Origin: the human T2T-CHM13v2.0 reference genome, Homo sapiens
Assembly (NCBI RefSeq): GCF_009914755.1
Contig: NC_060937.1
Length of the DNA: 64,000 nucleotides
Strand: one strand, 5' to 3'
This document shows, one piece after another, positions 40,031-55,112 of this stretch (positions are counted from its first letter, which is position 1; every line of letters starts with the position of its first letter). Made by a program: the position numbers and the translations under genes. The notes beneath the pieces were generated by a model. The model did no database searches. It was not told the DNA's origin and saw only the letters and a list, made by a program, of their open reading frames with translations.

Positions 40031-43000
40031 AACTATATTAACTGACAGTGGCTAGATACATATGTATGTGTGTGTGGGTATGTGTGTAATGCACATTTAT
40101 ATATGCCTTCTCTTTTATTTAATTACATATTACCCCCTTCATAATGATTCCTTTTAATTTAAGCTAAAACTATAGTAGTTTTGTAAAAGGAGGAAGCATG
40201 GATGATACAGTTGAGTGAAGTCAGCTTGGCCTCAACCAAATTCCCAAAGTTACTGGTGAGTTCGAGCTGCAGCTGTCAGACTGCTAGATGCAACTTGAAA
40301 CTCCAGAGGGGTGGGAAGCATGGCATGATTCTGTGATGCACTGGGGATCAATCGCCAGTCTCTCCCCCATATCTCCCTAACATCAAACCAACATTGCCAT
40401 TGTTGAGGAGTCTGAATGTATGACCAAAGCACACAGCATTCCTGATTCCTGCTCAGTCAGGTCCTCCAGCTTTAGGTTCAGGTCTGGGTGGGAGAGTATG
40501 CCTGGAACCTGCAGATAGTAGGGCACATGCCCAGTGATTCATGTGGAGTTGAGTTGGTCCTGGTGTGGTCTAAATCTGTCCCACAGAAGAATTCATTGCC
40601 ATGATGCCTAGAGAACTAGGCAATCTCATCTCCTCCAGTGAGGCTCTGGACCCTGCAGCAGTGTTGTGTGCTGCAGCAAAGACTGTGGAACTCAGTACCA
40701 TGGATGTATTTTCTTCTTTGTTCTATTTTCTCTTTCATAATATTGCTTTGGTCAGTTTTTGTTGTTAATATTTCATGTCTTTATTGAATGAGCTATAATG
40801 GCTGCCACATATTTCTGTTGTCAAGAATAGAAATATCTGGTATTTCAATATTAGATAAGAACAAATATGTATGAGGTCTCCTGGTTGGATCCTGTCTTCC
40901 TTTTCCTTTTCTGCATGAACCTATGTCTGAATCCAGATTCTGCCACCTTTGAATTCATGTCACCACATACAGTGGTGTTGTTTGAGCACTGCGCAAAGTA
41001 GGGAATGGGAGCCACATCCAGCTGGGGCTTTGCTCTTCAAATCCTTGCCTCTGGGACAGATGTGCACATGCGTGTTTCTGTTTCACACAAAAGCTACAGT
41101 ATCAGCTAGCAGCACATAGCATTGAAATGTAGTGAAAGTATGCAGGCCCTTTTATCTCTCTTAGCCTGTTTCCTCACCTGCTAAATGAATTTGTGGTATT
41201 GCAAATTCTTAACCCAAATTCTCAAATGCATGTATTACAGTTGCTGGAATATTTGACATTATGTTATTATATGTGTCATTTAGTGATGATCTTTTTGTTG
41301 TTATTTACACTTTAGAAGAATCTTGTATCCTATTGTTTCCTATGTTATTTCTACCTCTTTTGATGTATATTCTCTAAAAAATTATTTTTTAATCTCTAAA
41401 AAAAAGAAAGATACTAGAATGTCAGGAGAACGAATTTCTCTTGTCAAATATAAAAATAATTCCAGACTATCATAACAATGTAAAAGTCCAGTTGGTTCTT
41501 ATTAATCATTAACTTATTGTTTGTGCAAAAACCTTTAGCACCCTGAGAATCCTAATATAAGCAATAAAATAGGAAATATTTAATAAATATAACTTAATCA
41601 TTGTTCTATATCTTTGTAAATGAATTCAGTAATTGCAGTGGCATTTTCTAACAAGGAGAATTCAACCAATCCATTTTTATAAAGTGAAAATAGGCATCAG
41701 GGTAAAATAGCACACGTTGATTAACTACTTAATACACCATTGGCTTTACAAGGCCTAACAGAGGAGTACTTTCAAATGACAGTGCTTAAATAAAAAAAAT
41801 ATTGTGCAATCCTGCATAGTAATTACAAATGCATTAGGAAACTCGACAGCTGTGCATGGAATGCAGACCAGAAAAGATCATGAAATATGGTTCTAATATA
41901 ATCATTAGAATGTGGTTACATTGTATGAAGGGTTGAGTTGTATTACTGTGCCCCCCCGACATTAACTGATAGTCATATGTGGATGGTATAGAGTATGTGC
42001 ATTACGAGCACACTGCAAACAAGAGTGAGACAAAACATGATTGTTTCAGAGAACAATGGTACAATTCTGAATGAATTAACAGTGATTGCAGGGAACAATG
42101 TGAAGTGAGTTAGAATATGATTTCAATTCCTAGACAAATTGGAGAAACCCCTCCACAATAGAATAGTACATTGCTAAGGGTTGATCAGGGGATGGTTAAC
42201 AGACACTAATTTAAAGCGGGAACTTTGGCCAGAATCAATATTTCAACAGCTCTGCTTGTTAATTAACATATCCTCCAATGACCTTCTAAGAGAAATCTCA
42301 TTATGTCAACTACAGGAAGAGCTAGGGAAATAGTTAGTAGCACTTTACTGAGACGATAACAGCTGAAATGGCAGGGTAGAACTTAGGAAAGAGGTATATC
42401 AAAACTGAAAGAAAGGTGATTTTTTATAAGGGGCAAGTTAGGTCAAAGAAGGAGGTTATTCACTATGTCTATATTCTGTATTAATTGTCCATAGAAGTAA
42501 ACTTTCCATCAAAACCACAACTAAAATTTCCCTTTAAGACCAGCCATTCTCACTGAGGCTCAAAATTCTATAGTTACCCTAAGCCCATTTGATTGAAAGA
42601 GATGTATTTGCTTGTGTATGTGTTTGAAGGTGAGAGTCTCACATGGACTTTTGCTATTAATACATTGCTTGAATATCTAAATTATGATTTTTGTCACTAA
42701 TTCATCCTAAGCCTGGCTTGCTAAGATCTCAAAACATCGCACATGTCAATTGTATTATTGGACACTGAGTGAACCCAAAGGAAAGGTAGAACTAGAATAG
42801 TCTAGATTAGAATGGCCTTCCGTGGAGAACTGGGATATAAGCTAGTGGTTTTGTAGAGACTATGAGGAGAGATTGATCTGATGGAAGTAGAAGCATATGT
42901 TGCCCATTGCTGAGTGATACAAGGGGACCCTAGATACAGAGCTTTAAATGCCAGGATACAATTTTCCTTTGCTCTCTGATAATAGAGAAACATTCTGTAT

Positions 43001-44100
43001 TTTGAGGAGTGAAGGTACATAGCAGTGTTTGGCAATTGTTAATCTATTGGTGTTCTATTTGGATTAGAACTAGGAGAGAATTCAGTGTTGAGTCTACTGC
43101 GATAAACAGGGACACGAATGTATAGACCAGGGTAGTGGCTATAATATAAAATATCATAAATCTGACAGAATGGTCTGAACCAGGAGAAAAATTAAAAGAC
43201 ATTCTTAATGTTAGTGTGGGATTAGGCAGGTCTGGGAGATAAAAATCAGAAAGGGAGTTCATTTTGGGAGATTAAAGCAAAACAAAATCTTACCACAGAA
43301 AGAAAACAATATATTCTTTCTAATAAAGAAAATCCATGATTTTTCAACTGGAAACGCTGGTGGCTGCAACACCTCCAGCTGTCTACCACCAATCATTGTG
43401 TTTCCTCCTCTGATCTGCTTCAGTCTATAAATTGGAATACTCAGAAGCTCATGTTTTGTCAGTTGCTGAGGGCGGGGCATAAACTGTACAGTTTAACAGA
43501 GGAATGTGAAATAATTTCTGGGGCTGTCCTTAGTCTGAGAGCGGCTTCAGCATTACTGTCTCTCTTAGGCTGCAGACAGTTCTGAAAACTGAACTAACTT
43601 CACATGAAATTGCCAAAATATTGCCTTCTGTAATAAAACTGATAGAATTAAAAATAAAAACTACATACTTCCTTTATTCTCCTATAGCAAAAGGATGCAG
43701 AAAGGCAACTTGTATGACAGCTAGTGTTCCTATCATTGGTTTTACTCTTCATGTTTGACATTGGTAAACAATAGGATTTCAAGAAGTAATCACAAAGGAT
43801 AGATTTATTTTAGGCATTCAATGAACTTTGCCTTTGATGTGTAGGCATAATTAGTGTATTGGGCCCCAGTTAGCCTTAATTAAATTGATTAACATGAGTA
43901 ACATTTGCCTTGGTTGATATAATGAACATAAGCGTAAGGATTTTTTTCATTTAGCTTATTTTTCACACCTACTAGTTTCATGTCTAAAAGTTCATAGTAA
44001 AGTTTAGTAATATGTTTTAGAGTTATGCAAAGTAGTGGGAATAGTCTTGATACTTGAGAAATCCTGTGTTTAGAGCTGCAACATATTGAATCAAAGAATC

Positions 44101-46053
44101 TGTGAATGGGAGTTCATTCATGATTTGGCTCTCTGCTTGCCTATTGTTGGTGTAAAGGAATGCTTGTGATTTTTGCACGTCGATTTTGTATCCTGAGACT
44201 TTGCTGAAATTCCTTATCAGTTCAAGAATTTTTGGGGCTGAGATTATGGGGTTTTCTAAATACCTAGGAATATAGATAACAAGGGATGTGAAGGACCTCT
44301 TCAAGGAGAACTACAAACCACTGCTCAAGGAAATAAGAGGACACAAACAAATGGAAAAACCTTCCATGCTAATGGATAGGAAGAATCAATATTGTGGAAA
44401 TGGCCATACTGTCCAAAGTAATTTATAGATTCAATGCTATTCCCATCAAACTACCATTAACATTCTTCACAGAATTAGAAAAAATATTTTAAATTTTATA
44501 TGAAATCAAAGAAGACCCTGTATAGCCAAGACAATCTGAAGCAAAAAAAAAAAAAAAAAAAAAAAAACGAAACTGGAGGCATCACGCTACCAGACTTCAA
44601 ACTATAGTGCAAGGTTACAGTAACAAAAACAGCATAGTACTGGTATCAAAACAGACATAGAGACCAAGGGAACAGAACAGAGATCTCAGAGATAACACCT
44701 CACATCTACAACCATCTGATCTTCAACAAACCTGACAAAAACAAGCAATGGGGAAAGGATGTCCTATTCAGTAAATGGTGCTGGGAAAACTGGCTAGCCA
44801 TATGCAGAAAACTGAAACTGGACCACTTCCTTACACCTTATACAAAAACTAACTCAAGATGCATTACAGACTTAAATGTAAAGCCCAAAACCATAAAAAC
44901 CCTAGTTGAAAACCTAGGCAATATGATTCAAGACATAGGTGTGGGCAAGGAATCCATGACCAAAATGCCAAAAGCAATTGCAACAAAAGCAAAAATTGAA
45001 AAATGGGATCTAATTAAAGAGCTTCTGCATAGCAAAAGAAACTATCATCAGAGTGAACAGGCAACCTACAGAATGGGAGAAAATTTTTGCAATCTACCTA
45101 TCTGACAGAGGTCTAATGTCCAGAATTTACAAGGAACTTAAACAATGTTACAAGAAGAAAGCAACCCCATCAAAAAGTGGGCAAAGGATATGAACAGGCA
45201 CTTCTCAAAAGAAGGCATTTACACGGTCAACAAACATATGAAGAAAAGCTCAACATTACTGATCATCAGAGAAATGCAAATCAAAACCACAATGACATAC
45301 TATCTCTCTGTAGTCAGAATGATGATTATTAAAGTCAGGACACAATAGATGCTGGTGAGGCTGAGAAGAAATTGGAATGCTTTTACACTGTTGATGGAAA
45401 TGTAAATTAGTTCAACCATGTGGAAGACAGTGTGGCGATTTCTCAAGGATCTAAAACCAGAAATACCATTTGCCCTAGCAATCCCATTACTGGGTATATA
45501 CCCAAGGGAATATAAATCATTCTACTATAAAGACACATGCATACGTATGTTTATTGCAGCACTATTTACAATAGCAAAGACATGGAACTAACCCAAATGC
45601 CCATCAATGAGAGCACGGATAAGGCAAGTGTGGTACAAATATACCATGGAATACTATTCAGTCATAAAAAGGAATCAAATCATGTCATTTGCAGGGACAC
45701 GGATGAAGCTGGAAGCCATCATCCTCAGCAAACTAACACAGGAACAGAAAACCAAAGTGCATGTTCTCATTCGTAAGTGGGAGTTGAACAATGAGAACAC
45801 ATGGATACGGGGATGGGAACAACACACACCAGGGCCTGTTGGGGGTTAGGGGGTGAGGGGAGGGAACTTAGAGGATGGGCCAATAGGTACAGCAAACCAG
45901 CATGGCACGCATATACCTGTGTAACAAACCTGCAGGTTCTGCACATGTATCCTGTGGTTTTATTTTTTTTAGAAGAAATGAGGGAAAAAAAGAAACAACA
46001 ACAACAACAAAACCATCACACTAAGCAAAAAGAGACTGACATGAAAGAAAAAA
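44101..46053 (+). mobile_element. L1PA8A-like, 5'-truncated, with inverted 5' segment (44101-44262)
   Basis: Decayed ORF2 RT/C-terminal remnants (ORFs 44023-44304, 45145-45348) plus the L1 3'-end frame 45607-45849; 3' end tatcc..ttttttagaagaaat; TSD aagaatctgt at 44094-44103 and 46055-46064. Confidence 0.93.
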
Positions 46054-46916
46054 TAAGAATCTGTAACCTGTCCCCTCCCTGCCTAAAGGAATTATATATA
46101 ACATTTAAAAAATTTAGTTATTCTAGTGACTAAATATTATTTTGTGACTGATTATCTTTTCTGAACATCTATACTAACCATCGATGACATAACAACTGGT
46201 TGTTCACTTTGTGCTTCATAGTTTGTGCTATGGCCCCTATTAGAAGAATATATTAAAAACAGCTCAGAGGAAACAAGAGCTCGCCCATCCTTATGCAAAG
46301 AGAGAGAAATTAGCTGCCTTTAGATGTAAGCTTCCTTAGCGTGATGGTGATGCAGGAAGCTTCTCTACTGTGAAACCGGTGCAGGAAATACCACCACAGA
46401 GAAGCGTGCCCATTACTCCATGTCAGTGCTTTTAAATTAATTTATTTTTATTTTTATTTCTGCCCATGAGACTTATTGATCTAAGAGGATTTAGCACTTG
46501 CCCATAGCAGGCATCCAGTGAACACCAGAAAATAATAGAAAAATTATAGAAACATAATTTAATATCCATCAAAAACGAAAGGTCTATGTATTTTCCTTCC
46601 CTCTTCCCTCCTTTCTTTCCTCTTCTTTTACTCTCGTGATGAGGCCCTAGTGTTATCATTGTAAAAGCATTCGTTTGCATTGTTGTCTTTTCCATTATTG
46701 CATTGACTTAGAAACAACAAAATAAAATCCATTCGTCTACTAACAGATGTCCCAGACTAATATTTCTTTGCTTATAGCACAAGCCAGAGAACAACACTTC
46801 AAATTAATTTTTTAGAGGTTGCACCTTTATCTTTGTAACTGACATCAGTGAACTTTAGCTGTGTGAAAAGCAGAACTCAAGTTTCATGCATCAAGTATTT
46901 GATGTTATATGGACAT

Positions 46917-47140
46917 GATAACAAATTTTATGTCAAGTTGACTGGGCCATGAGGTGTCCCGGTGTTTGGATAAGATTATTTCTGGGTGTGTCTTTGAAGG
47001 CGTTTCTAAATGAGATTAGCATTTGAATCAGTAGACTATGGTAGATTGCCTTTCCCAGTGTGGATGGACCTCATCTAATCCATTGAAGGCCCAAGGCAAT
47101 ATTTTCTCCTTCAAATATCCTGGTTTACCACTAACTCATT
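46917..47140 (+). mobile_element. MLT2 (ERVL) LTR 5' part
   Basis: aattttatgtcaagttgactgggcca...attatttctgggtgtgtct...gagattagcatttgaatcagtagact. Confidence 0.8.
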
Positions 47141-47486
47141 ATATATATATATACACACACACATATATATATATACACACACACATATATATACACATAT
47201 ATATATACACATACACACACACACGCACATATACACACACACGCGCATGTGTATATATGCATATGTGTATATATACACATATATGCGTATGTGTATATAT
47301 ACGCATATATATGCGTATGTGTATATATACGCATATATATGCGTATGTGTATATATACGCATATATATGCGTATGTGTATATATACGCATATATATGCGT
47401 ATGTGTATTATGCGTATGTGTATATATACGCATATATATGCGTATGTGTATATATATGTATATATATTAATTATATATATATATGT
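47139..47486. repeat. Alternating purine-pyrimidine tract containing a 28-bp minisatellite
   Basis: Unit GCGTATGTGTATATATACGCATATATAT starts at 47285, 47313, 47341, 47369, 47397 (truncated), 47412 and 47440 (partial). Confidence 0.95.
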
Positions 47487-48214
47487 CTCAGAGCTTTACT
47501 GAACATTTGGAGGTAGTTGAGTTAGCACTGTCAGAAGAATCTATTTTTAGACATTAAAACATCATTCCTGTCAGTGGAGTAAAAAGTCCCTTCATGACCC
47601 TCTTCAACTTCCTGCCATATTGTCAGAGTCATTTTCTCTCTACTGATACTGTTTTCAAAATCCAGCAGGCAGAGGCCACCCAAAATTCCTATTACTTTTT
47701 AATGCAGAAAAATTTCTAACCCTTATTTCCCTTTTTTTTCTCATCTAGACTAGTCCAGGAGACCTTGCCCTTTGCAATCAGAGATCATTAACGTGTTCTT
47801 CCTACACGTGCTTTTCAGATGTTTCCTAAACATCTGAATGGTGAATAATGCGTTTGTTTACTATCACTCTTTCTTCCTTTCCCTAGGGCACTATTTTGGT
47901 TACATTAAAAAAAAAACTCAGGGGAAAAAAAAACCTATTGGGTATATGGGAGATGAAAATGGTAGAAAAGACAAAGCATCCCTTTACATAAGTTAAACAT
48001 AATTAAATTTACAATAAGTATAAGGACTTAGTAGAGAAACACTAATATATATCTTTGACAAATTGATTTCACAATTCTCCATGATTCTGACTGAAGATAT
48101 ATGGCACTAAATATGTGCTGATAGGTACTAGGAATTTAGAGTAGTTGGATTTGCTTGAAAAATAATTTCCACACTAACATTCAATTTTTGGCTCAAAAAC
48201 CAATTATTACAAAC

Positions 48215-48660
48215 CTCTTGTATTGCATGCCTGGTGCTTAGAAGTACAAGATGAGTAAGGTATGATCTTTGACCTCATGGACTGTAAGTATAGTGGGACA
48301 TGTAGGGATGTTAGCAACTAATTATAAAATACTGCAATATGTGTATTACCTACAAAGTGATATTCACACAGTGGTATGAAATAGTAGATTGTACAACCAA
48401 TAGCCTAATTGGATTAAGGAGACTTCCTGTGTAGGATGGGGTTTGCTCTTAATGATGAATATGTGTTCCAGATAGAAAAAAGATAGAAAAAATGGACTGT
48501 GTGAAGGGTTCAGAGGGTCCAACAGTATCGTGTTTCTGGGTTTGGAGCATCAGCTCCATGTGTGATGGAAGCAGAGGGCAGGGGAACAAGGAGGCGGGAG
48601 ATGAAAGAGTGGAGGAGATAAGAGTGGAAAACAGGTTAGGCTTCACCCAAGAAAGAACAT
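48215..48660 (-). mobile_element. L2 fragment
   Basis: aagatgagtaaggtatgatctttgacctcatgga; aaggagacttcctg. Confidence 0.5.
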
Positions 48661-48718
48661 CGAATATCTCACTCCAGGGTGGTTCGACTTTTAGAAATGT
48701 CAGGGTCAGGTTTTCTAA

Positions 48719-49132
<414 letters not shown>

Positions 49133-51929
49133 ACCTTTGGCTGTTTTAATGTTGGATAATGCTAGGTCATGTCTAGTACAACAAGCCAATATACCATCAT
49201 GGATATAGGTGTACTCAGAAACAGAATGAAAAAAAAGTCAGCTTTTAATACAGGTTGAAAGCTATATGGCATCCTGGGTAGCAACTTAGAGTAGTTTAGC
49301 TAGAGGAAATTGTATAGAATGTTTACTAAAATGCTCTTGGTGAAATTTTATCAAGTACCTTTTATTTTTCTTTTGTACCCTCCCTCACACAGAGTAGTGA
49401 ATGTGAATGTCTGAGTAACTTAATCATTCTGGAACAGTGAAACAGGCTTCGTGCTTTCAGGAAGACTAAAGATCTTAATGGTTTGGAGGCTTTTGAAAAC
49501 ACTGCATAAATTGTATTTGACTTTATTTAAACTACCAAGCTAGCTTTAAGTTTCATCCAGAGAATGCTTTTGATAAGAAGCTGTTGTTGGGTATAGTTAG
49601 AGTGATAAGTGAGCTGGCGCTTAACCTTACGAGGATTAGGTAGGGTAGGGACAGGGACCACTGCTTTTTAAGGCCGTTGGAACCAAGTACACAATCTGTA
49701 TGTTTGCCTAAAACACTTCACTATATATGGATAGGGAACAGCTTGCATGCTCATGCTGTGTGGAAGTGGAATCTACATTCAAATTGAAAATAGAAAAGCA
49801 AAATGAAGTGCAGTAATAACAAGTGTGGACTGCAACATGACCAAAGTGGGAAAGCTGTTAAAATAAATAATGCTCATGGTCATATTGGAGTTCATTGTGA
49901 AAAAGATGTAGGAAGCAGAATAGATAATTCTTTCAAATGAAAGAAAAAGGGAATCATAAGCAGGGGTGCAATACAGAGGAATTATGGCTCAATCCTTTTA
50001 TTAAATCTCGACCTTGGTGAGTACCTTCCTAAATGATACTTGGTACTTTTTAATGATTTTCAAATATATGACTGCAGCTCCACACAGAAACTAATGTGAA
50101 TTTCCAAGAAAACAAATTTTGAAAAAGAAATAGATTTTAACTCCAGTTTTATGGAATTTGGTGCCTTAGCTATAAGGCCATGATATTTTGATTAAATTAG
50201 ATATACAATTGGGCACTGAGAAAGGTTTTAAAATGGAAGATTTTGTTTATATTTGTTTGTTTTTAATAGACGAGAACCTCAAGTCCCAGAGCTGGTTATG
50301 GGGGCATTTGGCAGATGAATTAGTTCATCTGTCAAGTTCTTTTGCATTCTAATATACGGATTTTCCAAGCACTTTGATCTTGCCCTGCAAAATTGCAGCA
50401 TTAAGGGATTTTATTCTTATTTTAAAAATTCTTGAATAAAGACACCATTTTTTGAATTGGTAAATGTTTATAAAGAAAATTCATATTGTTTCTAAAGTCA
50501 TATCTTTGAAATCACAGTTATTTAGAATCTAGATTTCTACAAGTCATATCTTTGGAAGGACCTTTGTTTTTAAATATATATTTCTAGTGCATTTAAAAAG
50601 GGCTGCTAGTATCCCATAGCAAAAATCACATAATTGTTACACCCTATTCTTTCTGCTTTTGACTATGTTACTGTTGGAGTATTTTCTGATAAGAGCTATG
50701 AAAGCAGAAATGGATGTTGTAGTAAAACAGACTGTTCTTGGTCTGATTGATTTTGTGCTTTATAACCCATTTTAGTTATCAGAAAGAATTACAATTTTTT
50801 TCTCCAGCTATTTGGAAAGAATGTAATGGTCTAAAAGAATTGCCTACCTTCTGAGGAAGTTTCTCTCATGTCAAAGTAGAAACAGTATATTTATTAAACT
50901 GTCTGTAACTTCGGAGTGAATACTTTCAATTCATTTCTTCCTCTGTTTCCCGACCTGTAACTGTAGGAATCGCTCAACTATGACACTTGGCAATACGATC
51001 TAGCAGATGTGTAGGACCATGCTTAGGATGCGGTAAAATCAGGAGATTGCAGATTAAATTTAAACCGTTTTTAAGTCACTTTATATTAGAACATTTGGTG
51101 GTTAGAATTTGTCGATAGTATACTTTAGTATGCATTTGTATGATGGCTTGGAGAATATTTTTGTGTTGCCTAATGAAACTCCTTAGCCATTGCTATAAAG
51201 CTAACAGAAACAAATGGATATATTTTAAACACTGTACTGTAGGCAGATATCCCAAGAACCATGAAATGAAGAAGAGATAAGATGCTTCATTAGTCGTTCA
51301 TATTAATATATTGTTATTTAGATTTAAAAACTCCACCAAAATGTTCTAGCACCAAGAAGAGGGTACAAGTTAATGACAATTCTTAGAGCAATAAATATGA
51401 TCGATGACTTGTAGTGACTAGACATAATAAAAATATAATTAATTGATGGCACAGGAAATTAAGCTGTGATAGTTATTTCAAGGATGTTAGGAGTTTTTGT
51501 TTTTTTTTTTGTACATTTGTGGATCCTATAGAGCTGACTTTAAAGGAAAAGATTGAGGTAAGTTATCATTATGTAATTTGAGAAACTGCAAGTTCAGTTA
51601 ATTCATTTTGGTTGAGAATGCCATGTACTACTTAACAAAATGTCTTTTCTAGCACTTGGATATTCTTTTAGCCATGTTTTGGAGACTCTGCAATGTGAAT
51701 CAAAGTGTATTAGTTTACTCAGTTCTGTGGAGTTTGACTTTGTCCTGGGGTAAACATTGTATTTTAATAAATAAATGAAAATAAGTATGAAAACATTTAA
51801 AGTGCTCAATATTTAACTGAGGAAAAAATGGACTGAGGAACCAGTGGAAGCTCTTTTAGTAATCCAAAGTGGATAAGAGAGATATTAAGGCAATATCTGG
51901 CAATGAGAAATAATTTTTTAAGAAATCAA

Positions 51930-52025
51930 CATTTATTTATTTATTTATTTATTTATTATACTTTAAGTTCTGAGGTACATGTGCAGAACATGCAGTTTTG
52001 TTACATAGGTATACAGGTGCCATGA
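51930..52025 (-). mobile_element. Extremely truncated L1PA (about PA7) 3' end with (TTTA)n tail
   Basis: tttattatactttaagttctgaggtacatgtgcagaacatgcagttttgttacataggtatacaggtgccatg. Confidence 0.88.
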
Positions 52026-52235
52026 GAACAGCTATTGATGACTCACTGGACGTGGGCAATAAAAGTTCTAAGACTTTGAGTCCAGATGCTTAGATGGTTG
52101 ATCCTAACATACAAAATAAGGAGGTCAGAAAGATGCTGAAACAATAGAGGGAAATAATTGGCAAATACAGATCTAGGTTGATATGTTATACATGGAAAAA
52201 TAGCTAGAATCTCCAGTAAGAAATATTTGCTTCAG

Positions 52236-53896
<1,661 letters not shown>

Positions 53897-54794
53897 AGCT
53901 ACATATGTAAATGTGAGAGCAATCGGCTTGGAGTTTTATTTGCCATTGTAAAAGTGGTGCTATATTTTGAGCAAGATGTTAAGAAACAAGAACCAAGACT
54001 TTGAACGATCTGGCCTAGGATGCAGAGGAATGAGTGAAAGAAACAAAATTTTTACCAATAGAGGGTATAAGAGAATGCGTCACCAGCTTTAGAAGCTAGA
54101 GTTACTAGGAGACTCTGAATGTTGACAAGAAGCCCTTGCATTTCATTAGGAAGAGGTTGGCAGAAATCTCAATACCATTTCAGTGACAACTTGACCCAAT
54201 CAACTATTCCTCTCTGCCTGCCTAGCTCTTCCATCATTCCTAGTGGAATTTATGCAGCATCACCAGCAGTATTCCCTATAACCTAAATCTTTTCCCTGAA
54301 TTTAACTTCACCTTCTTGTTCTAACTAAATAGTAGTTTATTTTCTCCTATATTATCTTTTGACATGGACTTTTTCTTTGGCAGGGGAAAGAGTGGTAGAA
54401 GAGCAACAATATTTATTTTTTTCTCCACAGTGTATTTGGTGATAAAGATCTTAAACGGTATCTTTCTTTCCCAGAGATTAGGATGCAGTTTTGTACTTCA
54501 TAATTAGAAATATTAGAAAATTTCCAGCTGAGTTGACTTCAATGCAACACATAGCTTTCTCTTTATTTTTGCCATATTTATAATATTAGTTAATTTTTGA
54601 AAAGAACGATTTCAATAGCTAATTTGGTTTATCATACACAATATCTTAATGTGCTAATTAACAGTGAAATGTTTGCATTTTGTTCAATTATATAAAGTTT
54701 TGTCTTGCTTTATTTTGTTTTTGTGTACATCTATCCCTTTTCAGCTATTTTATATAGGGTGTCAGACTATTTAGAAAATGATAGTACGATATGT

Positions 54795-55112
54795 GATATA
54801 TATGGTTCCGAACTCAGAATCTGGAACCAAATACTCAGGGTTCAAATCCAGGCTCTGCTACTTTCTGTATAAACCTTGATCAAATCACTTACACTCTCAG
54901 TGCTGCAACTTGATCATCTGTAAACTAGGAATGATTAATAATACAATGTGTGCTATGTTTACTTATATACACAGTATTATTATGGTGGTCGTGCTAGTAA
55001 GAGTACCCGTATCATGGGTTGGAGAATCAAGTGAATTAATTTTCCAAAAGAACTTAATAAATCATCTAGCTAATGGCAAGTACATGGCAAAAGTTAGTGA
55101 TTATTATTATTA
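54795..55112 (+). mobile_element. MIR SINE
   Basis: gggttcaaatccaggctctgctactt...accttgatcaaatcactta...catctgtaaa. Confidence 0.7.

Noticed and set aside
44023-45849. L1 ORF2-like ORFs as a functional reverse transcriptase
   Set aside because: The element is 5'-truncated, partly inverted and broken by stops and frameshifts, including an A25 expansion at 44543-44567.
45841-45865. G-quadruplex-like motifs here and at about 14261-14280
   Set aside because: These are the well-known G-rich tracts of the L1 3'UTR.
47285-47460. 28-bp repeats as a CRISPR-like array
   Set aside because: Units are head-to-tail with no unique spacers, there are no cas genes, and the DNA is primate.
47038-47516. Overlapping Y/I/C/V/H/T-rich ORFs on both strands
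   Set aside because: They arise from the nearly stop-free alternating purine-pyrimidine repeat.
49860-50022. Strong donor TTG|GTGAGT at 50016/50017 as a coding exon end
   Set aside because: No convincing upstream acceptor or recognisable protein; the surrounding sequence may be an L3/CR1 relic.
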